Shown here: positions 33,126-41,463 of the stretch, in pieces
How positions within the stretch are numbered: the first letter of the stretch is position 1
Layout: each line of letters opens with the position of its first letter
DNA from: Actinomycetota bacterium
GTDB taxonomy: Bacteria; Actinomycetota; UBA4738; HRBIN12
Assembly: GCA_035461565.1 (NCBI GenBank)
Contig: DATHVC010000265.1
Location: forward strand, 1-41,603
Direction of reading: 5' to 3'
DNA: 41,603 nt
Position numbers and translations under genes: made by a program
The notes under the pieces: model-generated
What the model saw: only the letters and a program-made list of their open reading frames with translations
Told to the model about the DNA's origin: nothing
Database searches by the model: none

Positions 33126-34283
33126 TCAGAGGTCGGTGCCGGGCAGCCCGAGTGAGCGGGCGATCAGGATCCGCTGGATCTCGCTCGTGCCTTCGCCGAT
33201 CTCCAGGACCTTCGCGTCCCGGTAGAACCGCGCGACGGGGAACTCCTCGATGTACCCGTAGCCGCCGTGGACCTGGACGGCCTCCCGGGCGCAGGTCGTG
33301 GCGGCCTCGCTCGCGTACCGCTTGGCGACGGCCGCCTCGGTGGCGAACGGCCGGCCGGCGTCCCGCAGCCAGGCGGCGCGCTGGTAGGCCAGGCGGGACA
33401 GGTCCACGGCGACCTTCATGTCGGCGATCTTGAACTGGAGCGCCTGGTATTCGCCGATCGCGCGCCCGAACGCCTCACGCTCCGACGCGTACGTCACGCT
33501 CTCCTCCAGGCACCCGCGGGCCAGCCCGGCCGAGAGCGCCGCGATCGCGACCCGCCCGTCGGCCAGCGTCTCGAGGAACTGTGCGTAGCCGCGGCCGCGT
33601 TCGCCCACCAGGTGATCGGCCGGCACTCGACATCCGTCGAACGCGATCTCGTGGGTGTCGCTGGCCCGCCACCCGACCTTCCGGTAGGGAGCCCCGACGG
33701 TCATGCCGGGCGTTCCGGCGGGAACCAGGATCGTCGAGATTCCCTCGCCGCCGGCCTCCTCGTCCCGAGCCGCGACCAGGACGATGGACGTGATCGGCGT
33801 CCCGGAGTTCGTGATGAAGGCCTTCGAGCCGTCGAGGACCCACTCGCCGCCCTCCAGGCGAGCGGTCGTTCGAACCGCGCCGGCGTCCGATCCCCCGCCG
33901 GGTTCGGTGAGGGCGAACGCGCCGATGGCCTCACCCCGGAGCATCGGCCCGAGCCATCGGGTCTTCTGCTCGTCGGTGCCGAACCGGTGCAGCGGGTTCG
34001 CGGCCAGCCCCACGGCCGCCTCGAGCGTGATCGCCACCGAAGAGTCGTACCGGGCGATCTCCTCCAGACAGAGGCAGAAGGAAAGCAGGTCGCCGCCCTG
34101 CCCGCCGTCCTCCTCGGGGAACGGGATCCCGAACAGCCCCAGCTCCCCCATCCGCTTCACGACCTCGAGCGGGAACTCCTCGCGTTCGTCGTAGCCGGGC
34201 GCCGCGGGGGCGACGACCTCGCGCGCGAACTCCCGGACCAGCCGCCGAAACGCCCGCTGCTCCTCGGTGAGGTCCAAGTCCAC
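33126..34283 (-). CDS. acyl-CoA dehydrogenase
   Basis: ACAD pattern: FALTEPGGGSDAG, DGSKAFITNSG, REAFGR.I..YQ, and C-terminal RDAKVLEIGEGTSEIQR. Confidence 0.92.
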   Translation of the reverse strand: MDLDLTEEQRAFRRLVREFAREVVAPAAPGYDEREEFPLEVVKRMGELGLFGIPFPEEDGGQGGDLLSFCLCLEEIARYDSSVAITLEAAVGLAANPLHRFGTDEQKTRWLGPMLRGEAIGAFALTEPGGGSDAGAVRTTARLEGGEWVLDGSKAFITNSGTPITSIVLVAARDEEAGGEGISTILVPAGTPGMTVGAPYRKVGWRASDTHEIAFDGCRVPADHLVGERGRGYAQFLETLADGRVAIAALSAGLARGCLEESVTYASEREAFGRAIGEYQALQFKIADMKVAVDLSRLAYQRAAWLRDAGRPFATEAAVAKRYASEAATTCAREAVQVHGGYGYIEEFPVARFYRDAKVLEIGEGTSEIQRILIARSLGLPGTDL

Positions 34284-34322
34284 GATCGCCAGCCTATTCG
34301 GGACGGATCGGGACGGGATCGT

Positions 34323-34787
34323 TCATCCCAGCGGGCGGAACCCTTCGAGGTCCAGGATCGAGCCGGTGCGTTGGGCGGCGAAGACGGCCTCGACCCGCTC
34401 GCCGATCTCGAGCGGCTCGTCGCCGGTCTCAACGATCCGATGCATCATCACGGCGTCGGCCCGGTCCAGCCGCACCAGCCCGATCGTCTCGGGTTCGTCC
34501 AGCGGCTCCCCCTCGAGCCCGGCGAACAGGATCGTGAAGGACACGAGCGTCCCCTTCGGCCCCACCTCGACGTCCGGCGAAAGCTCGGCGAAGCAGCGCT
34601 CGCAGAACAGCCGCGCGGGCACGTACGTGTACGCGCAGGACTCACATCGCGCCCCGAGAAGCACCCCCCGGTCGCGGAGCGCCGTGAAGAACGCCTCGCC
34701 GGCCACGCCGGGCGTGTACCGGTGCCGAACCGGCAACCCTCCGGCCCACCTGCGGACGTCCAGCGGCCGGGCGATCCGCTCAAGCAT
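34323..34787 (-). CDS. DUF35 Zn-ribbon / OB-fold protein (stand-alone)
   Basis: CESCAYTYVPARLFCERCF (CxxC...CxxC rubredoxin-like knuckle) is followed by an OB-fold-like segment (G.LVSFTI...IGLVRLD). ATG 34787 overlaps the upstream stop by 8 nt (ATGCTTGA). Confidence 0.82.
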   Translation of the reverse strand: MLERIARPLDVRRWAGGLPVRHRYTPGVAGEAFFTALRDRGVLLGARCESCAYTYVPARLFCERCFAELSPDVEVGPKGTLVSFTILFAGLEGEPLDEPETIGLVRLDRADAVMMHRIVETGDEPLEIGERVEAVFAAQRTGSILDLEGFRPLG

Positions 34788-36504
34788 CGGGGCTCGCCCC
34801 GGAGGCCCGGGGCCGGAAATACGCGATGTCGAGGATCGAGCCGCGGCGTTCATCCTCGGGCCGCCACACGGCCTGCACCGCCATCCCGATCCGGACGTTC
34901 TCCGGCGCGACCTCGCCCAGCTTGTGCAGGAAGCCCCCGTCCGAGCCGTCGATCGAGATCACGGCCGGGAGCTCCGGCGGATCGAGCGGCTCCATGTCCC
35001 ACCGCACGTGACAGATGGAAAACGTCTGGACGACCCCGGTCTGCTCGACCTCCACCCACCCGTCGGTGTTGCGGAAACACCGCTCGCAGAACATCCGAGG
35101 CGGCACCAACACACGCACACAGCCGCGACACTCCCTCCCCAGGATGCGACCGGCCTTGAACCCGTCCAGGTACCGGCCGATCGCCACGCCGGCATCCCAC
35201 CGGTACCGAGCGTCCACGGCATGATCCACGGCCCCCGTCACCGACCGGAACTGCGCATCCGACAGCGAGTGGCCGGCCGTTGAGTGAGGGGGGGTCCGAT
35301 TGGCGGGGGCGGCGGTGGCGCCGGCTCCGCCGGTGAGCGCCTCCGTACCCATGACCACGACTGTTCCCACCTGCATCAGATCACCCCACGCTTGCGCGAC
35401 GCCCCGTTCCGGCGTCCCGGGAACCTGTCGATCCCCGGCCTGGCCGCGGAGCTGCCAGAAGAGCTCGGCGATCTTCATCAGGCCGGCGGCCGCGATCGGG
35501 TTGCCGACGCCCAGCAGTCCACCGCTCGGACACGACGGGAGGTCGCCGTCGCGGTTGAGGACACCGTCGCGCGCCGCCTCCGGAGCTTTGCCTCTGTCGA
35601 AGAGGAGCAATCCCTCGAGGTGGTGCAGCTCCTTGTAGTCGAAGGGGTCGTAGGGCTCGGCGACGTGGATCTGTTTGCGCGGTTCGGTGACGCCGGCCAT
35701 GTCGTAGGCCATCCGCGCGGCGTTCGCGACGTACTCCGGGAAGACCAGGTCGCGGTTGGTCCAGTAGGCGGTGTCGAGGTTCCAGCCGACGCCCTGGATC
35801 CAGACCGGCCGATCGGTCAGTCGTTTGGCTGCGTCTTCGCTGGCGACGACGATCGCGACGGCGCCGTCGCTGATCGGCGAGACGTCGAGGCGCTGGACGG
35901 GCCAGGCGAGAGTTTCGGACGCGAGCACGTCGTCGACCGTGATGTCGGGCCGTCCGAGGAGGGCCGCGGGGTGGGCGGCCGCGTTGCGCTTGTTCTTGAC
36001 GGCGACGGCGGCGATGTCGCGCTTGTCGATGCCGTGCACGGTCATGTAGCGGTTCATCTCGAGGGCGAAGATCCACAGCAGGTTCGGGCCGAGCGGCCGC
36101 TCCAGCGTGTGGTCGAAGATCGACAGGAACGCGCCCTGGGGATGGGGCTGCGTGCTGGACATCTTCTCCTCGGCCACGGCGAGCACGACGTCCGCCATTC
36201 CGCTGGCGACCGTGTACCAGGCCTGGATGGCCGTGAAGACGCCGCTGCCCCCACCTACGTACGTGCGGATGAACGGCTTGCCGAACGCACCGGCGCCGTC
36301 GGAGAGGTACTCCCCTTTCATGTGCACGCCGTCGAACGCGTCGGGTGCGCTCGTCAGGCAGACGGCGTCGACCTCGGCAAGCGTCAGCCCGCACGACGTC
36401 AGCGCCTCCCGCGACGCCTCCCACGCGAGCTCCTTGCCGGTCTCGAGGCCGCGACGGACGAACTTCGTCATGCCGGCGCCCACGACCGCGACGCGGCGGG
36501 TCAC
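34780..36504 (-). CDS. thiolase-fold (SCP-x/Ltp-like) protein fused to a C-terminal DUF35 Zn-ribbon/OB-fold module
   Basis: The N-terminal ~390 aa is a thiolase-like fold (VAVVGAGMTKF, DVVLAVAEEKMS, SGGLLGVGNPIAAAGL). A linker follows, then CRGCVRVLVPPRMFCERCF plus an OB fold. GTG 36504 overlaps the VOC stop (GTGA). Confidence 0.85.
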   Translation of the reverse strand: MTRRVAVVGAGMTKFVRRGLETGKELAWEASREALTSCGLTLAEVDAVCLTSAPDAFDGVHMKGEYLSDGAGAFGKPFIRTYVGGGSGVFTAIQAWYTVASGMADVVLAVAEEKMSSTQPHPQGAFLSIFDHTLERPLGPNLLWIFALEMNRYMTVHGIDKRDIAAVAVKNKRNAAAHPAALLGRPDITVDDVLASETLAWPVQRLDVSPISDGAVAIVVASEDAAKRLTDRPVWIQGVGWNLDTAYWTNRDLVFPEYVANAARMAYDMAGVTEPRKQIHVAEPYDPFDYKELHHLEGLLLFDRGKAPEAARDGVLNRDGDLPSCPSGGLLGVGNPIAAAGLMKIAELFWQLRGQAGDRQVPGTPERGVAQAWGDLMQVGTVVVMGTEALTGGAGATAAPANRTPPHSTAGHSLSDAQFRSVTGAVDHAVDARYRWDAGVAIGRYLDGFKAGRILGRECRGCVRVLVPPRMFCERCFRNTDGWVEVEQTGVVQTFSICHVRWDMEPLDPPELPAVISIDGSDGGFLHKLGEVAPENVRIGMAVQAVWRPEDERRGSILDIAYFRPRASGASPDA

Positions 36505-36866
36505 GGTCGGCCAGCCCCGGCGGCGTATTCGATGATCTGGAGGCGGTTGCCGTCCGGGTCCTCGAACGAGGCGAACCGCAGACGCCCCTCGACCTCGCCG
36601 ATGCGTTCGTGGAACCGGACGCCGCGTTCCTCGAACCCCGCTCGGGCGAGGTCGAGATCGTCCACTCGCAGGACCACCGTGCCCCCCGGTTCCGGTTCGG
36701 CGCCGTTACGCGTGGCGTGGAGGCCGAGCCGCGTTCCCCCGGCGTCGAGCTCGGACCAGTCGTCGCCGTGGCGCGATAGCAGCCGCAGACCGAGCACCCC
36801 TTCGTAGAAGCTCAGCGCCCGATCCATGTCTCGGACCCAGAACCAGACGTGGTCCAGCGCGGTCAC
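36501..36866 (-). CDS. VOC/glyoxalase-family protein
   Basis: LDHVWFWVRDMDRALSFYEGVLGL and FEDPDGNRLQIIE are typical of the glyoxalase/bleomycin-resistance fold. I prefer GTG at 36866; the longer ORF N-terminus is Arg-rich junk. Confidence 0.8.
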   Translation of the reverse strand: MTALDHVWFWVRDMDRALSFYEGVLGLRLLSRHGDDWSELDAGGTRLGLHATRNGAEPEPGGTVVLRVDDLDLARAGFEERGVRFHERIGEVEGRLRFASFEDPDGNRLQIIEYAAGAGRP

Positions 36867-36891
36867 CCGTCCACTCCTGAGTCGTTCGCGC

Positions 36892-38061
36892 TCACCCGCC
36901 CGCTCCCGCGTCGTTCGCGAACACCGCCACGGCGGCCGAGGTGCTCGGGACGGCGCGCGCCGATTGCGCGACGGCGACGTACACGTCGTCCACCTGCCGC
37001 TCGCCGGCCTCACCGCGGAGCTGCTCGGCGCACTCGAGGGTCCGGACCAGCCCGTTGGCCTCGAACAGGTTCCCCTGGCCGAGCGATCCGCCCGAGACGT
37101 TCACCGGAACCTCGCCGTCGGGGTCCAGCTCGCCGTCTTCGAGCATCGAGGCCAGGTCCACCCCAGATCCCACGCCGAGCGCCTCCAGGTGCTGGAGCTC
37201 GCGGAACGCGTAGACGTCGTCCACCTCGAGCAGGTCGACCTCCTCGGCGGGGTCGCGAAGCTCGGCCTGCCGGTAGGCCATCTCGGCGGCCCGCGTCGTC
37301 GAGTCGGCCTCGCCCCACAACCGGCTCTCCAGCGTCGGCGACCCCGACGACCACCCCACGCCGAGCACCCACACCGGCGCCTCGGACAGGTCGCGCACGC
37401 GGTCCCTCGATGCCAGGACCACCACGACGCAGCCGTCGGCGCGCCCGGCGATCTCGAGCTCTCGCAGCGGCCAGCTCACCGGGGCGGAGTCGTCCACGTC
37501 CTCGGCGGCCAGCGCCGCGGGATAGGCGGCTCGAGGGTTGTCCAGCGCGTTCGTGCGGTTCTTGGCGGCGACCATCGCGCAGTGCTCCTCGGACAGGCCC
37601 GATCGCTCCAGGAACGCGTGCATCTCGAGCCCGGCCACGGCGAGGGTGGAGACCCCCAGCGGTCGGGCGAAGACCGGATCGAGCGCGAAGGCCTCGATCG
37701 CCCCGAGGGTCTCGACGTCCGACACCTTGCTGTGGGCCTCGACGGCCACCACCGACGCCACGCCCGACCGGATCAACATGACGCCGGTGGCCAGCCCGAA
37801 CAACCCGTCGGCCGCCACCGTGTGCACCGGCCGCTGCACCCCTCCAAGCTGATCCGGCACGTATTCGTCGAAGATCGAGGTGCCTTCGAGCAGGTCCTCC
37901 GAGCAACAGACGAACGAGTCGACCTCGGCGCGCGGGTCGACCCCGACGTCGAAATAGGCCCGCGTCGCCGCCTCGAACATCAGCTCCTTGTAGGAGATGC
38001 CGGCGGTGATCGGGGCGAACCCCGCGTGCCCGACCCCGACGATGGCGACGCGACCCGTCAC
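36892..38061 (-). CDS. thiolase-fold (SCP-x/Ltp-like) protein
   Basis: VAIVGVGHAGF, SVVAVEAHSKVS, VNVSGGSLGQGN...NG and an overall length of 389 aa fit the lipid-transfer/thiolase-like family. Confidence 0.85.
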   Translation of the reverse strand: MTGRVAIVGVGHAGFAPITAGISYKELMFEAATRAYFDVGVDPRAEVDSFVCCSEDLLEGTSIFDEYVPDQLGGVQRPVHTVAADGLFGLATGVMLIRSGVASVVAVEAHSKVSDVETLGAIEAFALDPVFARPLGVSTLAVAGLEMHAFLERSGLSEEHCAMVAAKNRTNALDNPRAAYPAALAAEDVDDSAPVSWPLRELEIAGRADGCVVVVLASRDRVRDLSEAPVWVLGVGWSSGSPTLESRLWGEADSTTRAAEMAYRQAELRDPAEEVDLLEVDDVYAFRELQHLEALGVGSGVDLASMLEDGELDPDGEVPVNVSGGSLGQGNLFEANGLVRTLECAEQLRGEAGERQVDDVYVAVAQSARAVPSTSAAVAVFANDAGAGG

Positions 38062-38122
38062 GCCGCGATTGTCCCATCGGGCGGCTCCACCCGGCGACTC
38101 GCCTTGTTACGCTCCGGCCACC

Positions 38123-39121
38123 GTGGCGACGACCGACCGGCGCGATCGGCACCTCTGGCGGCTGCGGTGGGCGGTGCTGTTGTTGTTGGGCGCGGTCGCC
38201 TACGGCACCGCGGGCTACATGCTGCTGGAGGGCTGGGGGTTCGTCGACGCCCTCTACATGACGTCGATCTCGCTGACGACGGTGGGGTTCCTCGAGGTTC
38301 ACCCTCTCGACACGGCCGGCCGGCTGTTCACGATCTCGGTCATCACGGTCGGCGTCGGCACCGCGCTGGTCACCGTCGCGATCGTCGCGCAGTGGGTGCT
38401 CGATACACACTGGGGAGAACGGACGAGGAGGAGACGGATGCAGCAGCGCCTCGACGCTTTGTCGGATCACTACGTCGTGTGCGCGTACGGACGGGTGGGA
38501 CGGGCCGTCGCGCGAGAGCTCGAGGCCGAGAACGTCCCGTTCGTCGTGATCGACACGAAGGAGGACCTCGAGGAGCGGATGGTCTCGGACGGCGTCCTCT
38601 ACCTGATCGATGACCCCTCGGAGGAGGGCGTGCTCGAACGGGCCGGCGTCCGCCGGGCCAAGGGCCTCGTGTGCGCCGTCGACTCCGACGCCACGAATGT
38701 CTACATCACGTTGGTGGCCCGGGCGCTGAATCCCGATCTGTTCATCGTGGCAAGGGCGTCGGAACCGGGCTCCGCGGACCGGCTGGTCCGGGCGGGGGCC
38801 GACCGGGTGGTCTCGCCCTACGTAAGCAGCGGCCGCCACATGGCGCTCGTGGCGCTGCGTCCCGGGGCGGCGGACGTGGTCGAGATCGAGCCGGGCCCGG
38901 GCGCCTCCTCCCTTCGACTGGAGGAGATCCGCGTCGAAGCGACCTCGGACCTGGTGGGCGTGCGGATCGTGGACGCGCTCGGGGACGCTCCGGTCCTCGC
39001 GATCCGCCACGCCGACGGCAAGATCACGGCCAACCCGGCTCCGGACGTCGAGTTGCGGTCCGAGGACCTGGTCTTGCGAATCGGCGAGGAGGACGTTCCG
39101 CTCGTCCGGCCGCCCGCCTGA
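38123..39121 (+). CDS. 2TM ion channel with RCK (TrkA-N + TrkA-C) domains; non-canonical selectivity filter
   Basis: TM1, a pore helix plus filter (ALYMTSISLTTVGFLEV), and TM2. Then a Rossmann RCK domain (YVVCAYGRVGRAVAREL) and a TrkA-C-like C-terminus. GTG 38123. Confidence 0.85.
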   Translation: MATTDRRDRHLWRLRWAVLLLLGAVAYGTAGYMLLEGWGFVDALYMTSISLTTVGFLEVHPLDTAGRLFTISVITVGVGTALVTVAIVAQWVLDTHWGERTRRRRMQQRLDALSDHYVVCAYGRVGRAVARELEAENVPFVVIDTKEDLEERMVSDGVLYLIDDPSEEGVLERAGVRRAKGLVCAVDSDATNVYITLVARALNPDLFIVARASEPGSADRLVRAGADRVVSPYVSSGRHMALVALRPGAADVVEIEPGPGASSLRLEEIRVEATSDLVGVRIVDALGDAPVLAIRHADGKITANPAPDVELRSEDLVLRIGEEDVPLVRPPA

Positions 39122-39125
39122 GGAA

Positions 39126-39143
39126 CCTCTGCCGCCTCAGAGG
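39126..39143. terminator. short hairpin between convergent channel and antiporter genes
   Basis: cctctg (39126-39131), loop ccgcct, then cagagg (39138-39143). It overlaps the antiporter stop codon. This is a weak structure. Confidence 0.2.
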
Positions 39144-40288
39144 GCACGAGGCGCCGTCAGCGGTCGGGTAACCGCCGCGAGCAGCGGCGCCGCGATCGCC
39201 GACAGAAGCACGTAGGACGCCGCGATCGGGCCGAAGTCCGACTCGATGCCGGCCGCCACGCCCAGGCCCGCCACGGCCAACGAGAACTCCCCACGCGGGA
39301 TCAACAGGATGCCGGCCCGGCGACGGCCCCGGGTGCGGATTCCGGCTCGCCGCGCCGCGTACCACCCCGTGGCGTATTTACCCGCCGCGCCGACGAAGGC
39401 GAGCCCCAGCGCGATCCCCAGCGTCCCCGGGATCGTCGACGGGTCGATCTGGAACCCGAAGAACACGAAGAAGACGGCCGCGAAGACGTCGCGCATCGGT
39501 CGAAGGAGTTGTTGCGCCCGCTCCGCGGCCGGCCCCGAGAGCACCACTCCGGCGAGGAACGCCCCCACGGCCGCCGACAGCCCGACCTCGCGGGCGAACC
39601 CGGCGACGAGCAGCCCCAGGGCGAGCACCGTGAGCAGCAGCGCTTCGTCCGAACGGCTCAGGATCGCCCGGCCCAACGCGAGGCCATGCCGCCGCCCGAG
39701 CGCGAGCGCGCCCCCCACCGCCACCAGCGCGAGGACCACCGAGACGGCGATGCCCGACGGGTCTCCGTCCAACAGCATGATGGTGACCACCGGCAGATAG
39801 GCCGCCATCGACAGGTCCTCGATGACCGTGACGGCCAGGGCCACCGGGGTCTCCCGGTTGCCGAGCCATCCCATCTCCTCGAGGACCCGGGCGGCCACGC
39901 TGGACGACGTGTTGTAGGCGACGCCCCCGAGGAGCACCGCCGCGAGCGGGTCCCATCCCAGGAGCAGGCCCGCCGCCAGGGCAGGAAGGAACGTCAGCGC
40001 GATGTCGGCCACCGCGGCGGCACCGCTGCCCCGAAGGATGTCCACGAACTCGCCGGCGTTGGACTGCAGACCGAGGGAGAACAGCAGCAGGATCAGGCCG
40101 ATGTCCGCGCCGGCCTGGACGAAGTCGTCGGCGGTGACGAACGGGACGATGCCACCCTCGCCGAACGCGAGGCCGGCGAGCAGGTACAGGGGGATGGGCG
40201 AGAACCCCAGCCGGGAGGCCAGCCGGGCGAGGATCGCGAGGAGCAGGACGAGCCCGCCGAGCTCGATCAGGAACAACTCGCCCGGCAT
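39137..40288 (-). CDS. monovalent cation:proton antiporter, CPA2 (Kef/KhtU-like) membrane subunit
   Basis: About 12 TM helices with typical CPA2 sequence (LGFSPIPLYLLAGLAFG, GLILLLFSLGLQ, and an acidic/Arg pair region). Confidence 0.88.
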   Translation of the reverse strand: MPGELFLIELGGLVLLLAILARLASRLGFSPIPLYLLAGLAFGEGGIVPFVTADDFVQAGADIGLILLLFSLGLQSNAGEFVDILRGSGAAAVADIALTFLPALAAGLLLGWDPLAAVLLGGVAYNTSSSVAARVLEEMGWLGNRETPVALAVTVIEDLSMAAYLPVVTIMLLDGDPSGIAVSVVLALVAVGGALALGRRHGLALGRAILSRSDEALLLTVLALGLLVAGFAREVGLSAAVGAFLAGVVLSGPAAERAQQLLRPMRDVFAAVFFVFFGFQIDPSTIPGTLGIALGLAFVGAAGKYATGWYAARRAGIRTRGRRRAGILLIPRGEFSLAVAGLGVAAGIESDFGPIAASYVLLSAIAAPLLAAVTRPLTAPRAL

Positions 40289-40293
40289 CGCCG

Positions 40294-40779
40294 CTAGCCC
40301 GAGCGGAGCAGGATGGTGACGTCCTCGATTCCCCTGGGCGTCCCGACCACCACGAGGATGTCCCCGCCCTCGATCCCGAACTCCGGGCCGGGAGCCGGCA
40401 CCGCCTCGTCGCCGCGAAGCACGGCGACGATCGACACCCCGGTGCGCGTACGCGCAGCGGTGTCACCGATCGTTCTGCCTGCGTAGGGAGAGGCCGGAGG
40501 GACGGGGAGCCGGTCCACAGCCAGGCCGGCGACGTCCTGCTGGAGCTCCGCGAGATCCTTCGCGACCTGGGAGCCGCCAAGCAGCTCCGAGAGCGTCCGG
40601 CTGTCGTCCGAGTCGAGCCGCAGAACGTCGCGACCGGCGTCGGGGTCGTCCACGTCATAGACGATGAGCTCCCGTTCGCCGGTGCGGTGGTGGATGACGG
40701 CCACCGCCACGCCCGCATCGGTCTCGAACTCGAACCGGACGCCGACCCCGGGGAGACGAACCTCTCTCACGATGGGCAT
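40294..40779 (-). CDS. cation:proton antiporter regulatory subunit (KhtT-like, TrkA-C domain)
   Basis: A 161-aa protein immediately upstream of the CPA2 gene (5-nt gap). The pattern LPGVG.RFEF....G..V.VI.HR.G.REL is followed by a C-terminal TrkA-C domain (GRTIGD...R..TGVSIVAVLRG......PGP.F.I..GD.LVVVG). Confidence 0.75.
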   Translation of the reverse strand: MPIVREVRLPGVGVRFEFETDAGVAVAVIHHRTGERELIVYDVDDPDAGRDVLRLDSDDSRTLSELLGGSQVAKDLAELQQDVAGLAVDRLPVPPASPYAGRTIGDTAARTRTGVSIVAVLRGDEAVPAPGPEFGIEGGDILVVVGTPRGIEDVTILLRSG

Positions 40780-40818
40780 ACGGGCATCCTTGCACGGGGC
40801 CGCGCCGCCCGGCGAACC

Positions 40819-41454
40819 TCAGGACTCCCCGAGGATCCTCTTCTTCTGGTTCTGGAACTCGGCCTCGGTGAGCACGCCGCGATCCCGAAGATCCGCAAGG
40901 CGCTCGAGCTCGGTGGAGACCGCCGGCGCAGCGGGCGAGGTTCTGCGGCCGCGGAACATCCGTTCCTTGTTTCGCTCACCCTGCTCGTAGATCGTCCGCT
41001 GCACGGCCTCGGGGTCGGGGATGTTCGCGAACACGTTGCGCCCGAATTCGCTCGCCGACTGGATCACGAGGTCGCCGGCGCCCACCATCCGCTCCAGGAT
41101 CGACTGCCGGAATCGGACGTCGTTGATGGCCTCGAGCGGGATCTCCATGGTGTGTTTGGCGATGAAGCCTTGACGGTGGATCACGCGGTCGCTGGTCACC
41201 GCGAAGTTCGACGTGACCCACGCCACGAAGGCTCGGACCGGATACCACAGGAGGAGCACGAGCGCGACCGCGGACGATCCCCACACCAGGACGGTTCGGC
41301 CGGTGCCCTCGTCGGGCGCGAACACGAGGACGAGGATCCATCCCGCGACCACCAGGGCCGTCACGACCACGGGGAGGACGAGGGCGATCCAGTGCGGCCG
41401 CAGATCGAGGACGAGCTCCTCGCCATCGATGAGGAGCCGGCGCGGGAACACCAT
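40819..41454 (-). CDS. membrane PH-domain (YdbS/DUF304-like) protein with C-terminal SHOCT domain
   Basis: LIDGEELVLDLRPHW is followed by two TM helices and then FAVTSDRVIHRQGFIAKHTMEIPLEAINDVRFRQSILERMVGAGDLVI (bPH_2). The C-terminus ELERLADLRDRGVLTEAEFQNQKKRIL is the SHOCT motif. Confidence 0.8.
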   Translation of the reverse strand: MVFPRRLLIDGEELVLDLRPHWIALVLPVVVTALVVAGWILVLVFAPDEGTGRTVLVWGSSAVALVLLLWYPVRAFVAWVTSNFAVTSDRVIHRQGFIAKHTMEIPLEAINDVRFRQSILERMVGAGDLVIQSASEFGRNVFANIPDPEAVQRTIYEQGERNKERMFRGRRTSPAAPAVSTELERLADLRDRGVLTEAEFQNQKKRILGES

Positions 41455-41463
41455 GGTCGGAGC

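Noticed and set aside
37010-39010. 666-aa minus-strand ORF and 595-aa plus-strand ORF across the thiolase-like/channel region
   Set aside because: Their composition is Arg/Gly/Asp-rich junk. They conflict with two genes that have clear family motifs.
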